The position numbers and the translations under genes are program-made. DNA of 64,000 bases. Origin: Parcubacteria group bacterium. GTDB taxonomy: Bacteria; Patescibacteriota; Minisyncoccia; Moranbacterales; UBA2206. The notes below the pieces were generated by a model that saw nothing but the letters and a program-made list of their open reading frames with translations, did no database searches and was not told where the DNA came from. Of this stretch, positions 19,058 to 29,008 are shown piece after piece (position 1 is the stretch's first letter; every line of letters begins with the position of its first letter). The stretch is taken from the NCBI GenBank assembly GCA_041661275.1, contig JBAZUU010000004.1:7480-71479 (forward strand), in the 5' to 3' direction.

Positions 19058-19915
19058 ATGGACCTAATTAATTCCTGGCAAGCCTGTTTAATACTTCTTT
19101 TGATCTTCGGAGTAATTTATATCCAGTTTTTTAAATATGCCGTTTCTGGCGCGAAAAAAGACGGGGCATCAACAGTGATTCTTGAAATAATGAGCGGGTT
19201 AGTTCTATTGATATTCATTCCATTTTTTCCATTAAAACTTCCCGCGGATATAAAACCATACCTACTTTTATTTTTAGCCTCCTGTTTTTATGCGTTAAAT
19301 GACAGACTCCAAACATCTGTAAGGAGAAATCTGGATGTATCTATTTTTTCTATTATGGGTCAGCTTTTTAGGGTGTTTTTAGTTCTCTACGGAATATTTC
19401 TTTTTGGTGAAAAAATAGCACTCAATCAAATAATCGGAGCGGCTATGATTTTTTTAGGAACAGCTCTGTTGTTCTATAAAAAAAAGCGATTTCAGCTTAA
19501 TAAATATGTATTATTTAGCGTCATTGCCTCGGCTTGTTTGGCAACAGCCCTTATTATAGATGTCGATATATCACGCGGATTTAACCTGCCCTTTTATATC
19601 ATAATTACCCTTTTTGTTCCAGCCATTATAATTTCAATTACTGGAAATATTTCCATTAGAGATTTGAAATTCGAATTTAATACCGATAGGCGCAAATACT
19701 ATATAATTGTTGGCGCAGCCTGGGCTCTTTCGATGTTATTTACCATCCGATCATTGCAACTCGGAAAAGTATCCCTGGTAGCCCCGCTTCAAACTTTGTC
19801 AGTTTTATTGAATGTGATTTTGGCATATTTTCTTTTGAAAGAAAGGGAAAATCTGTTAAAAAAGATTATTTTAGTTTGCATTATAACAGCAGGAGTATTT
19901 ATAATATTAAAATAA
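19058..19915 (+). CDS. EamA/DMT-superfamily transporter-like membrane protein (about 10 TM helices)
   Basis: 285-aa polytopic hydrophobic protein with a two-fold repeat architecture. Confidence 0.5.
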   Translation: MDLINSWQACLILLLIFGVIYIQFFKYAVSGAKKDGASTVILEIMSGLVLLIFIPFFPLKLPADIKPYLLLFLASCFYALNDRLQTSVRRNLDVSIFSIMGQLFRVFLVLYGIFLFGEKIALNQIIGAAMIFLGTALLFYKKKRFQLNKYVLFSVIASACLATALIIDVDISRGFNLPFYIIITLFVPAIIISITGNISIRDLKFEFNTDRRKYYIIVGAAWALSMLFTIRSLQLGKVSLVAPLQTLSVLLNVILAYFLLKERENLLKKIILVCIITAGVFIILK

Positions 19916-19919
19916 ATCT

Positions 19920-20333
19920 ATGAAATTATGTAGCGCGTGTCTTTTGGGAGTAAATTGCCGTTATGATGGAAAAAATAAGGCGAATGAGAAAGTTTTGGAA
20001 TTATCAAAAAAAGAAAAGTTGATTCCTGTTTGTCCGGAACAATTGGGCGGTCTTCCCACGCCAAGAACTAAATCAGAAATTTTAGATGGGAAAGTTATTA
20101 CTGAAAAAGGAGAAGACGTGACGGAGAAATTCCAAAAAGGAGCGGAGGAAACTCTCAAAATTGCCAAAGAAAATAATATTACCGAAGCGATTTTGAAACA
20201 AGAAAGCCCATCTTGTGGCTGCGGAAAAATTCATGACGGAACATTTTCAGGGAAAGTTATTGAAGATTGGGGGATTACAGTGGATTCATTAAGGAAGAAC
20301 GGAATAAAAGTTATTTCGGAGGAGGAAATATAA
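19920..20333 (+). CDS. DUF523 (YbbK-like) domain protein
   Basis: N-terminal SACLLGVNCRYDG and PVCPEQLGGLPTPR motifs characteristic of DUF523. Confidence 0.55.
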   Translation: MKLCSACLLGVNCRYDGKNKANEKVLELSKKEKLIPVCPEQLGGLPTPRTKSEILDGKVITEKGEDVTEKFQKGAEETLKIAKENNITEAILKQESPSCGCGKIHDGTFSGKVIEDWGITVDSLRKNGIKVISEEEI

Positions 20334-20347
20334 AGAGGATAAAAAAT

Positions 20348-20836
20348 ATGATTCTAGCGCATACAATTGTCGGTGTGGCGGCGGGGAATTATTTTGGACA
20401 TTTTTGGTATGTTCTTATTGGTTCCATATTCCCGGATATTGACCATATTTTCGTGCTCTTGAAAAACAAAATATTTTCGCCGAAAAGGATCATTGACACA
20501 CTACGTTTTGAGAAAAAATATAATTTAAGCTTCAAGACAAAATATGTTCATTCTGTTTTTGGAGCGATTGTTTTCAGTTTACCGATAGCAGTTTTTGACG
20601 TAGAGGGAGCAGGATATTTCTTTTTGAGTTATCTCGGACATCTAGCCATGGATTATCCAGACTATGACGAAAAACAATATCTATATCCTTTAAAGATTAA
20701 ATTCCAAGGATTCTGGCCGATTTTCTCTAGGCAGGAGATCCTCCTTACGTTATGTCTTGTCGTTTTTCTTTTTATTAATTTAAATAATTATTTACGTAAT
20801 CCCGCCAGCCGTGATGAGCTGGTTTTTTGTACTTGA
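20348..20836 (+). CDS. membrane-bound metal-dependent hydrolase-like protein (DUF457/YdjM-like)
   Basis: hydrophobic protein with a PDIDH motif; the ORF track start at 20267 overlaps the previous gene, so I take ATG 20348. Confidence 0.4.
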   Translation: MILAHTIVGVAAGNYFGHFWYVLIGSIFPDIDHIFVLLKNKIFSPKRIIDTLRFEKKYNLSFKTKYVHSVFGAIVFSLPIAVFDVEGAGYFFLSYLGHLAMDYPDYDEKQYLYPLKIKFQGFWPIFSRQEILLTLCLVVFLFINLNNYLRNPASRDELVFCT

Positions 20837-20867
20837 GGTTGATGTATAAGCCAAATTGTAGTATATT

Positions 20868-21266
20868 ATGATTATGGGAAAATATGAGGCGAAAATTCCT
20901 GAAATAAAGGAAAGAATAGTCAAAGAAATCGATCCGGAGAAGATTATTCTTTTCGGTTCTTACGCTTGGGGAAATCCAACCGAAGATAGCGATGTCGATT
21001 TATTTGTCGTGAAAAAAAGCTCTGAAAAGAGACTTGAACGGCAGAGGAAATTGAGAAAAATTCTTTTTGATAGTATTAGTGGTAATTTCCCCGCAATGGA
21101 TATTCTCGTGTATACTCCAGAAGAGACTGAAAAAAGTGTCAACGAGCATAAAAATCTTTTTATAGAAGATATCTTGCGTCATGGAAAAACTATTTATACC
21201 AAGCCAAAAAGTGCGTTCAATGTAAAGCTTCCTGCAAGGCCGTTAACTATTCTACATGAATCATAA
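20868..21266 (+). CDS. nucleotidyltransferase (MNT/Pol-beta superfamily) - antitoxin-like
   Basis: ILFGSYAWGNPTEDSDVDLFVV (GSx9-13Dx[DE] nucleotidyltransferase signature). Confidence 0.7.
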   Translation: MIMGKYEAKIPEIKERIVKEIDPEKIILFGSYAWGNPTEDSDVDLFVVKKSSEKRLERQRKLRKILFDSISGNFPAMDILVYTPEETEKSVNEHKNLFIEDILRHGKTIYTKPKSAFNVKLPARPLTILHES

Positions 21267-21268
21267 TT

Positions 21269-21658
21269 ATGATAACAGAATACGTTAAAAATTGGTTCAA
21301 GCGTGCAGATGAGGATTTAGAGCTTATAGAAATATTATTAAAAGAGGAGTCTTTTTCTCCTAATCCTGTTTGTTTTCACGCTGAACAAGCGGCGGAGAAA
21401 TACCTAAAAGGGTTTTTGGCTTATCGTGATTTGCACGTAAGAAAAATTCATGATTTGGAGATTCTCATTGAAGACTGCGAAAAAATTGATCAGACTTTTA
21501 AAATATTGCAAGATAGCGCGAAATCATTAAATCAATTTTATATTGAGTCGCGTTACCCTGATGATTACATAGAATTTTCAATTCAGGATGCTGAAGAGGC
21601 CTACGAAGCGGCGAAGAAAATTAAGGACTTTGTGCTATCAAAAATAAAAAATTTTTGA
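21269..21658 (+). CDS. HEPN domain protein - toxin-like partner of the MNT gene
   Basis: FHAEQAAEKYLKGFL helix and ESRYP motif typical of HEPN proteins that pair with minimal nucleotidyltransferases; 2-bp intergenic gap. Confidence 0.65.
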   Translation: MITEYVKNWFKRADEDLELIEILLKEESFSPNPVCFHAEQAAEKYLKGFLAYRDLHVRKIHDLEILIEDCEKIDQTFKILQDSAKSLNQFYIESRYPDDYIEFSIQDAEEAYEAAKKIKDFVLSKIKNF

Positions 21659-21674
21659 TTATTGCTACCAGAAT

Positions 21675-21703
21675 TTGACTTTTCCGCCGAATGGGTGTAT
21701 AAT
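21675..21703 (+). promoter_or_regulatory. consensus sigma70 promoter TTGACT-17-TATAAT
   Basis: read directly; a second copy of the module at 1391-1477. Confidence 0.5.
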
Positions 21704-21720
21704 AGATGTATAGTAAAAGA

Positions 21721-21743
21721 ACGGGTGTCAGCCCGTCTTTTTT
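21721..21743 (+). terminator. GC hairpin acgggtgtcagcccgt + tttttt about 18 nt after the predicted start site; attenuator or sRNA terminator
   Basis: nearly identical to the hairpin at 1446-1461. Confidence 0.45.
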
Positions 21744-21807
21744 ATTTAATTAATAAAAAACCTCATATCTTAGCGAAAATCGCTGATTTATAGGGGGAAA
21801 AACAAAA

Positions 21808-22023
21808 ATGACTGACGAAACACAAGTCCCTATCGCTCCTACTCCAGCGGAACCGGAAGTCCCTTCTACTGAAGGAGGAGACGGGACTCCGGCTGAGGAC
21901 TGCCCTCACTGTGGCAAGCGAGCAGAAGAGGAAGCGGAGTCTAACGAGCTAAACATGGCGATTCTTATCGCTTTAGTACCGGCTCTGACCATCACTCTTT
22001 TTTCCAACTTAGGATTGTTCTAA
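21808..22023 (+). CDS. small hypothetical protein (CPHC motif, C-terminal TM helix)
   Basis: 71-aa ORF with an SD-like ggggga upstream. Confidence 0.35.
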   Translation: MTDETQVPIAPTPAEPEVPSTEGGDGTPAEDCPHCGKRAEEEAESNELNMAILIALVPALTITLFSNLGLF

Positions 22024-22217
22024 GAGAAAAAATAAATCTTCAAGTCAAAAAGGCGGATTAATTTCGGCCTTTTTGATTTTCCTCAAAAGACAAAAATCAT
22101 TATCTTCCTCTCCCTTTGGGAGAGGATGTCTGTCAAAGTTTTTACGAAGTAAAAATTTAGGCGGACAGGAGAGGGAGGGACTTTTGATTTTTTATCAGAC
22201 TATGTTAAAATACTCGT

Positions 22218-24572
22218 ATGGGACGGAAGAAAAAAAATAAAGACGCTGAAAACGGATCCTCCTTGGACAAGCCGCAGGAGGGAAAAAGCAAAATAAAACT
22301 CAATATCGCGGGGGAGGCTAAGAGGAGCGCAGTGGCGGTCTTTTTGTTTGCGTTAGCTTTAGTCATGATCTTGGGATTTTTAGGCTCTTCCGGGGTAGTG
22401 GGAGAAAAATTAAGCAGGTACAGCGGGTTCGCACTCGGCTGGGCCAAGTTTATATTCCCTCTTTTTCTTGTAATCGCTGGAATTGTGCTTCTTTTCAGAA
22501 AGGAGAAATCTTTTTATGTAACTAAACTCCTGGGACTGGCGCTTACTCTTTTGGCGCTGGTCAGTTTTTTCCATTGGCTCTATGATACGTCAAAAATGTC
22601 CGAAGCGGCTGCGGCCGGTCTTGGCGGCGGATATTTGGGATATGCCATGGCCTATATCCTCACTAAGTATTTAGGAACATATGGCAGTCTGGTCATTATT
22701 GTAATGCTGTTTTTTATCGGAATTATCGTCGCTTTCAATTTTTCGATAATTTCGCCCCTGGAAAAATTACGCAAAAAAGAGGAAGGAGAAGAAAAGCCGG
22801 AGGAAACTACTTTGCCGCAAGAACCGGTTGTAGCTCCAGTGGAAATTTCTGAAGAAGCAAAAAAAGAGAATGAAGAAAAAGCGGATTTGGAAAAGAGCAA
22901 TATTTCTAAAATTGAATTTGTGGAAGGTCCGGATCAATTTGTTTCATCAGCGCTTTCGGCCGGATCGGGCGATGAATCAAAAGGAAATATAGGATTCGGG
23001 CGAAAAACTGTCGGAGTATCAGGAAAAAGAAGTATGAAAAACAAATGGCTTTTCCCACCCCTCGATCTTTTGGAAGAAAGCACTGGAGTGGCCAAAGGAG
23101 GAGATGTGGAAAAAAATGCGGAAATAATCCAAAAAACTCTCCATAATTTCGGGATAGAAGTGGAAAAAGGCGAGATAAAAACAGGACCGGCTGTGACGCA
23201 ATATAGTTTTCGGCCGGCCATTGGGGTAAAAATTTCCAAGATTCTGGCGCTACAAAATGATTTGTCTTTGGCTCTCGCCGCCCATCCCATTAGAATTGAA
23301 GCTCCGATTCCAGGAAAATCTTTGGTCGGAGTAGAAGTGCCAAACAAAGTAGCGGCTATTGTTCGATTGAAAGAAATTCTGGAAACCCAGGAATTTAAAT
23401 TCAGAAAATCAAGCCTGACTCTGGCTCTCGGAAAAGACGTCAGTGGCTCTCTGACATTTGGAGATCTTTCCAAAATGCCCCATCTACTCATTGCCGGAGC
23501 GACTGGAACAGGAAAATCAGTTTGCATCAATTCCATTATCACTACGCTTCTTTATGAGAACTCACCGGAAGATCTGAAATTTATTATGGTTGATCCAAAG
23601 CGCGTGGAGCTTTCACTATATAATGGTATACCACACCTTCTTTCCGGTGTAATCGTAGAAAATGGGAAAGTAATAAACGCGCTCAAATGGGCGGTGGGAG
23701 AAATGGAAAGAAGATATCGCCTGTTGCAAGATGCCGGATCGCGCGATATTGCTTCATATCAGGAAAAATCTCGTGCGGGAAAAAAGAAAAGGATAACTGA
23801 TCCGGAATCGGGAGAGATTCACGAAGAAGAATTGGAAAATTTGCCATATATTGTTATTGTGATTGATGAACTGGCCGATCTTATGGGCAGCCACGGCAAA
23901 GAAGTGGAAGGAGCGGTAGTGCGTCTGGCGCAAATGGCCAGAGCTGTCGGCATCCATCTCATCATTTCTACCCAACGTCCGTCTGTCGAAGTTATCACCG
24001 GGCTCATCAAGGCTAATATTACGACTCGCATCGCTTTTCAGGTGGCCACTCAAATTGATTCCAGAACTATTCTTGATATGGGTGGCGCGGAAAAACTTTT
24101 AGGAAATGGTGATCTCTTGTATCTCTCTGCCACTTCGCCCAAACCGAAAAGAATCCAGGGAATATTCGCCAGTGAATCAGAGGTGAAGCGAGTGGTGAAA
24201 TTCGTGAAAGGCCAAAGGAAGGAAGAAACGCCGGATGAGGAAGAAATGTCTCCGGCTATGTTTGAGAAAAAATCCAACATATTGGAATTTAACGACACGG
24301 CTGATGGCGGATCAGAAGACGAACTTCTGGAGGCGGCCAAGGCAGAAGTAATCCGGGCTAAAAAAGCTTCTGCTTCACTTTTGCAAAGAAGACTGCGTGT
24401 CGGATATGCGAGAGCGGCAAGACTTCTGGATATATTGGAAGAAAAAGGGATAGTTGGTCCGTCTGACGGAGCGAAGCCGAGGGAAGTCTATGCAGCAGAC
24501 ACTCAAAATGCAGAAGTAAATTATGAAAATCCGACAGAGGACCAAGGGACGAGAGATAAATGGAATCTATAG
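22218..24572 (+). CDS. ftsK: DNA translocase FtsK/SpoIIIE
   Basis: N-terminal TM helices; motor domain with Walker A GATGTGKS; Walker B VIVIDELADLM; C-terminal gamma wHTH. Confidence 0.9.
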   Translation: MGRKKKNKDAENGSSLDKPQEGKSKIKLNIAGEAKRSAVAVFLFALALVMILGFLGSSGVVGEKLSRYSGFALGWAKFIFPLFLVIAGIVLLFRKEKSFYVTKLLGLALTLLALVSFFHWLYDTSKMSEAAAAGLGGGYLGYAMAYILTKYLGTYGSLVIIVMLFFIGIIVAFNFSIISPLEKLRKKEEGEEKPEETTLPQEPVVAPVEISEEAKKENEEKADLEKSNISKIEFVEGPDQFVSSALSAGSGDESKGNIGFGRKTVGVSGKRSMKNKWLFPPLDLLEESTGVAKGGDVEKNAEIIQKTLHNFGIEVEKGEIKTGPAVTQYSFRPAIGVKISKILALQNDLSLALAAHPIRIEAPIPGKSLVGVEVPNKVAAIVRLKEILETQEFKFRKSSLTLALGKDVSGSLTFGDLSKMPHLLIAGATGTGKSVCINSIITTLLYENSPEDLKFIMVDPKRVELSLYNGIPHLLSGVIVENGKVINALKWAVGEMERRYRLLQDAGSRDIASYQEKSRAGKKKRITDPESGEIHEEELENLPYIVIVIDELADLMGSHGKEVEGAVVRLAQMARAVGIHLIISTQRPSVEVITGLIKANITTRIAFQVATQIDSRTILDMGGAEKLLGNGDLLYLSATSPKPKRIQGIFASESEVKRVVKFVKGQRKEETPDEEEMSPAMFEKKSNILEFNDTADGGSEDELLEAAKAEVIRAKKASASLLQRRLRVGYARAARLLDILEEKGIVGPSDGAKPREVYAADTQNAEVNYENPTEDQGTRDKWNL

Positions 24573-24575
24573 ATT

Positions 24576-25586
24576 ATGATAAACAGCGGTTTCACTAAAA
24601 AGAGAGTTGGCACAATGACATTGGGTGAAAAACTCAAGAAACTTCGCGCTGACAAACGAATTTCTCTTGGTGAAATTTCCCGAGTGACCAGAATCCAGAT
24701 AATATATCTTGAGAGCCTGGAAGAAGGCGACTATAATAGTCTTCCGGCTGATGTATATGTCAAAGGATTTTTGCGCTCTTACGCTGATTTTATGGGCGTA
24801 GAAGAAAAAGCGTTGGTCAAACTTTACGAGAAAGAGAGAGGGATAAAAAATCATCTGGAAAGAAGCAAAAACCCTCAAAAAGAAAAGAAAAAAGAGCCCA
24901 TTAGCATTTCTTCTTTTGTTTTTACTCCTAAAAAAATAGTCCTGGTCAGTTCAGTGCTCCTTGTTTTTCTCGGAGTTTTTTATCTTTATCGGGAAATAGG
25001 TTCTTTTGCTGACAGTCCAAGACTTCTCATTTTGAGTCCGCAAGCTAATGCGGCAGTGGACGGAAATTCAGTGACGGTGGAAGGAGTGACTGATAAGGAC
25101 GCCAAACTATTTGTCAACGATCAGCCAATCCTGGTTAACGACGATGGAAAATTTCGCGAAACGATAACGATGCAGCCGGGAGTTAGCACGATAAATGTTA
25201 AATCGGTCAATAAATTCGACAAGGAATCGGTAGCCAGCGTGACAGTGAAATCGGGATCAGGGGAAGAAGTGGCTGGGGAGATGGACGTAAATGGTAATGG
25301 AGAAAACAATACAGACGGCTCCAAAAATAATGATGAAATTAATATGGAACTTCGAGTCGATCCCGGTCCGGTCTGGCTTTCAGTGGAAGCTGACGGCAGT
25401 CTGGTTTTTTCCGGAACGATGCTCACCGGCGCTACCCAAACTTTCAAAGGCAATGATAAGATTGTCATCAATTCCGGCAAAGGAAATGCAACATTCTTGA
25501 AGTTCAATGGAAAAGACATCGGGCCGCTTTCACAAGATCCGGGAGCAGTGAGGGGGGCGACGTTTAATAAGGACACTAAATATTAG
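24576..25586 (+). CDS. rodZ: RodZ-like cytoskeleton protein (XRE-type HTH + TM + C-terminal DUF4115-like domain)
   Basis: N-terminal LGEKLKKLRADKRISLGEISRVTRIQIIYLESLEEGDY HTH region; single TM helix; beta-rich C-terminus. The start could instead be ATG about 24615. Confidence 0.5.
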   Translation: MINSGFTKKRVGTMTLGEKLKKLRADKRISLGEISRVTRIQIIYLESLEEGDYNSLPADVYVKGFLRSYADFMGVEEKALVKLYEKERGIKNHLERSKNPQKEKKKEPISISSFVFTPKKIVLVSSVLLVFLGVFYLYREIGSFADSPRLLILSPQANAAVDGNSVTVEGVTDKDAKLFVNDQPILVNDDGKFRETITMQPGVSTINVKSVNKFDKESVASVTVKSGSGEEVAGEMDVNGNGENNTDGSKNNDEINMELRVDPGPVWLSVEADGSLVFSGTMLTGATQTFKGNDKIVINSGKGNATFLKFNGKDIGPLSQDPGAVRGATFNKDTKY

Positions 25587-25589
25587 AAA

Positions 25590-25735
25590 GCGGTTGAATA
25601 GAAAATGGAAATTGGTTCAAGAGAATGGAAATTAGAAAACAGTAAATCCAACTTCTATTTTCTATTTTTCCAGAACTTATTTCTATTTTCCAATCAACTA
25701 ATTTCTAGTGGGGGAGTTGCCAAGTTTTTACATTA
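25590..25735. repeat. imperfect palindromic intergenic element (family F; related copy at 45811-45933)
   Basis: shares ttctaatttcc, gaaaatagaa and ggaaatt blocks with 45811-45933. Confidence 0.5.
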
Positions 25736-25786
25736 GTGATACAATATCACTGTAATACTAAACTAACCCTGCGGGGTAAAAATAAT

Positions 25787-26782
25787 ATGACGGAAAAAAA
25801 TGAGAAAGAATTGCAAAATGTTGTCGATGGAATAAAGGAGAAATTCGGCGACGGAGTAATCATGAAATTAGGGGACGTGAAAAAAGTAGACGTGGAATCT
25901 ATTCCGACCGGTTCTATCTCTCTTGACATCGCGCTCGGTATCGGCGGCATTCCTCGCGGGAGAGTAGTGGAAATTTATGGGCCAGAATCTTCCGGAAAAA
26001 CTACTTTAACTTTGCATATTATCGCTAACACTCAAAAAGCGGGCGGAGTGGCGGCGTTCATTGACGCGGAACACGCCCTTGATCCGGAATATGCCAAGAA
26101 AATTGGCGTCAATGTCAATGATCTTCTCATTTCCCAGCCGGACAATGGTGAGCAGGCACTGGATATCGTGGAAACCTTGGTTAGTTCGGGACAAGTTAAT
26201 ATAATCGTAGTGGACTCGGTGGCGGCGCTCGTTCCCAAAGCAGAAATCGAAGGTGATATGGGCGACCAGCATATGGGACGGCAAGCTCGGTTGATGTCGC
26301 AGGCTCTTCGCAAACTAACTTCTATCATTTCCAAATCTAATTGCACAGTTATTTTCATCAATCAAATTAGAATGAAAATTGGCATTGTTTTTGGCAATCC
26401 GGAAACGACCACTGGTGGAAACGCTTTGAAATTCTATTGTTCGGTGCGTATTGAAGTGAGGCGATCAGCGCAGATAAAAAAGGGTGAGGAGATCGTGGGC
26501 AATAGGACAAAAGTAAAAATTGTCAAAAACAAAGTAGCGCCACCATTTCGCACGACCGAATTTGACATTATGTATAACGAAGGCATTTCAGCCTCTGGTG
26601 ATGTCCTGGATACGGGCGCGAAATATGAAGTGATCGAGAAAAAAGGTAACTCATTCTCTTTTGGTGAAGTGAAACTGGGCGTAGGCCGCGAAGCCGCCAA
26701 ACAATTTTTGAAAGAAAACCCGAAGGTGATGAAAGAAATTACCAAAGAGGTTTACAAGAAATTGAAAGAGATTGAGGGATAG
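25787..26782 (+). CDS. recA: recombinase RecA
   Basis: GPESSGKTT Walker A and a conserved RecA core throughout; ATG 25787 matches the expected RecA N-terminus. Confidence 0.9.
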   Translation: MTEKNEKELQNVVDGIKEKFGDGVIMKLGDVKKVDVESIPTGSISLDIALGIGGIPRGRVVEIYGPESSGKTTLTLHIIANTQKAGGVAAFIDAEHALDPEYAKKIGVNVNDLLISQPDNGEQALDIVETLVSSGQVNIIVVDSVAALVPKAEIEGDMGDQHMGRQARLMSQALRKLTSIISKSNCTVIFINQIRMKIGIVFGNPETTTGGNALKFYCSVRIEVRRSAQIKKGEEIVGNRTKVKIVKNKVAPPFRTTEFDIMYNEGISASGDVLDTGAKYEVIEKKGNSFSFGEVKLGVGREAAKQFLKENPKVMKEITKEVYKKLKEIEG

Positions 26783-26799
26783 GAATAGTTTTTGTTTTA

Positions 26800-26824
26800 A
26801 AACCCGCCGGATTGGCGGGTTTTA
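26800..26824 (+). terminator. rho-independent terminator after recA (aacccgccgg-att-ggcgggtttt)
   Basis: GC stem followed by a T-run. Confidence 0.6.
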
Positions 26825-26896
26825 CCGAATAAGGATACTATCGAGGACTTTACTTGACATAATAAAAATAATTGTATATAATGGTAATATACAAAA

Positions 26897-27202
26897 ATGA
26901 AAATAAATCTTGCCCAGATTTCTGGTTTCGATTGGGATAAGGGCAATTTGAGAAAAAACAAAGATAAGCACGACGTGGATAACTTTGAATGTGAAGAAGT
27001 TTTTTTCAATAAACCCCTTTTTTTCGGTTTAGATAAAGCCCATTCACTTATGGAAGAAAGACGGTTTGTCTTGGGTATTACAGATGCAGGAAGAAAGTTA
27101 AGTCTTACTTTTACAGTAAGAAAAAGTTTAATAAGAATTATTTCTGCTCGGGATATGAGCAAAAAAGAACGCGAAAAATATGAAAGAAATCAAAAAATTT
27201 AG
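26897..27202 (+). CDS. brnT: BrnT-family toxin (DUF497 ribonuclease)
   Basis: FDWDKGNLRKNKDKHDVDNFECEEVF and RIISARDMSKKERE match conserved BrnT blocks. Confidence 0.7.
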   Translation: MKINLAQISGFDWDKGNLRKNKDKHDVDNFECEEVFFNKPLFFGLDKAHSLMEERRFVLGITDAGRKLSLTFTVRKSLIRIISARDMSKKEREKYERNQKI

Positions 27203-27455
27203 GCCGATTCCTAAATTCAAAAGTGAAAAGGAAGAGAGAAGATTTTGGGAAACGCATGATACGGTTGATTATATTGACTGGGATAAAGCCCAAGGGGGTG
27301 TTTTGTTTCCCAATCTGCGTCGTTCGACGCGGACGATCTCTTTGCGTTTAACGGAAAGCATGTATCAGGCTCTCAAAACAGAGGCAAATAAACAAGATGT
27401 GCCTTACCAGTCGTGTCTAAAAATGATTTTAGCCGAAAAACTAAAAAAATGCTAA
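27180..27455 (+). CDS. brnA: BrnA-family antitoxin
   Basis: FKSEKEERRFWETHDTVDYIDW...TRTISLRLTESMYQALKTEANKQDVPYQSCLKMIL matches BrnA/DUF4415; overlaps brnT by 23 bp. Confidence 0.7.
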   Translation: MKEIKKFRPIPKFKSEKEERRFWETHDTVDYIDWDKAQGGVLFPNLRRSTRTISLRLTESMYQALKTEANKQDVPYQSCLKMILAEKLKKC

Positions 27456-27456
27456 A

Positions 27457-27487
27457 AAACCCGCCAAAATTCCGGCGGGTTTTTTCT
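27457..27487 (+). terminator. rho-independent terminator after brnA
   Basis: cccgcc-aaaattc-cggcggg followed by ttttttc. Confidence 0.6.
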
Positions 27488-27571
27488 CGCCCTTTTTTCT
27501 TGCCTAAACTATTTTCGTCTGGTAAGATAGAAAAAGAACAAAAACCTCTTCGTGAGGTTTATTAATTAAAA

Positions 27572-27940
27572 ATGAAAAAAATATTCTACAACAAAGTCAT
27601 TAGAGATAGAATTCCTGATGTTATCAAGGAGTGGGGTGGAGTTTTTGAAATTAAGAAACTAAAAGGAATAGAATTTGAAAAAGAATTGATCAAAAAAGTC
27701 GGAGAAGAAGCTAGCGGACTTCTGGCGGCTAAAGATAGGAAGGAATTAATTTCCGAGTTGGCAGATGTTGTTGATGTTATCGAAGAAATTAAGAAGTTGA
27801 AAAAAATATCTACTTCTGAATTGAAAAAGGCTCAAAAAGCGGGCTTTGCCAAAAAAGGCGGATTTAAGAAGAAATTATTTCTAGTATGGTCATCGGATAC
27901 CGGATACAAAAGCAACGAGCGAAGGTATAAAAAAAGCTAG
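27572..27940 (+). CDS. small NTP pyrophosphohydrolase-like protein (PRA-PH / MazG-like all-alpha fold)
   Basis: NKVIRDRIPDVI...ELADVVDVIEEI resembles the PRA-PH-type NTP-PPase signature. Confidence 0.45.
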   Translation: MKKIFYNKVIRDRIPDVIKEWGGVFEIKKLKGIEFEKELIKKVGEEASGLLAAKDRKELISELADVVDVIEEIKKLKKISTSELKKAQKAGFAKKGGFKKKLFLVWSSDTGYKSNERRYKKS

Positions 27941-28060
27941 CCTCGACGGGCTGGTTTTTATTTGAGCAAGTTCTTGCCCAAAACATTTTTGTCTGGTAGG
28001 ATGAAATAAGTAAAAAAGCAACAATAAAATTGTTGACTAATATTAAAGAGGAGAAAAAAT

Positions 28061-28678
28061 ATGAAAAATGATCATCCTTCAAAGGAAAGAACGCTCGTCA
28101 TAATCAAGCCGGATGGCGTACAAAGAAGCCTTATCGGTGAGATCGTCAAACGCTATGAAAGGGTAGGTTTGAAACTTATTGCCATGAAAATGATGGTTGC
28201 CACTGAAGAAATGGCGACAAAACACTACTATGAAGTAGGTGGCGACGCGTGGCTCGAAGAAGTGGGCAGGAAAGCAGCAGCGGCCTATGAGAAGAAGGGA
28301 TTAAAATCTCCGTTTGCTACCTTCAAGGACAACGGCGTCGCTATTATGAAATCTAACGCCAAGTATTTGAGCTCCGGGCCGGTAGTGGCAATGATTTGGC
28401 AAGGCAATCAGGCGATTGGACTGGTGCGAAAAATTACCGGAGGGACAGAACCGCTCTCGTCTGATGTTGGAACGATCCGTGGTGATTATGCCATCGATAC
28501 CTATCAGATGGCTGACCTCGATCAAAGAAGCATCAGAAATCTGATCCATGCTTCCGGATCAATCGAGGAAGCGGAAAAGGAAATTCCTATTTGGTTTTCC
28601 GAGAAAGAAATTCTGAATTATAACCACATACAAGAAAAAATTCTGTATGACGTGAATCTTGACGGGATTTTGGAATAG
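28061..28678 (+). CDS. ndk: nucleoside diphosphate kinase (extended form)
   Basis: RTLVIIKPDGVQRSLIGEIV...; NIIHASGS-like catalytic His region (LIHASGSIEEAEKEI); about 60 aa longer than the typical 140 aa. Confidence 0.8.
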   Translation: MKNDHPSKERTLVIIKPDGVQRSLIGEIVKRYERVGLKLIAMKMMVATEEMATKHYYEVGGDAWLEEVGRKAAAAYEKKGLKSPFATFKDNGVAIMKSNAKYLSSGPVVAMIWQGNQAIGLVRKITGGTEPLSSDVGTIRGDYAIDTYQMADLDQRSIRNLIHASGSIEEAEKEIPIWFSEKEILNYNHIQEKILYDVNLDGILE

Positions 28679-29008
28679 TTTGCAGTTCCTTCAGGAGAAA
28701 GGAATTTAAAAATGAGCCAGAAGGTAGTTTATGTTAATTGGAAACGCAATGAAGGTTTTACCTGCGATGAATGCGGGCTGCCGGGCGATTCTCGAGATTC
28801 GCGTATAAGATTACGCAATGGACAAATAATGCGGCTGTGCATGGCTGGTGGACATGCTCAATTCGGGCGACGTAGCCGCAGCCGGCAAGGCAACGTTTGT
28901 CGTACCAATGCGGCTGGTGAAAGGTTGAAAAAGTAAATGCTCAACATTTCAAAACAAGCGCCAAAAAAGGCCTGGATTATTCCCGGCCTTGATTTTTTTC
29001 CAAGAAAA

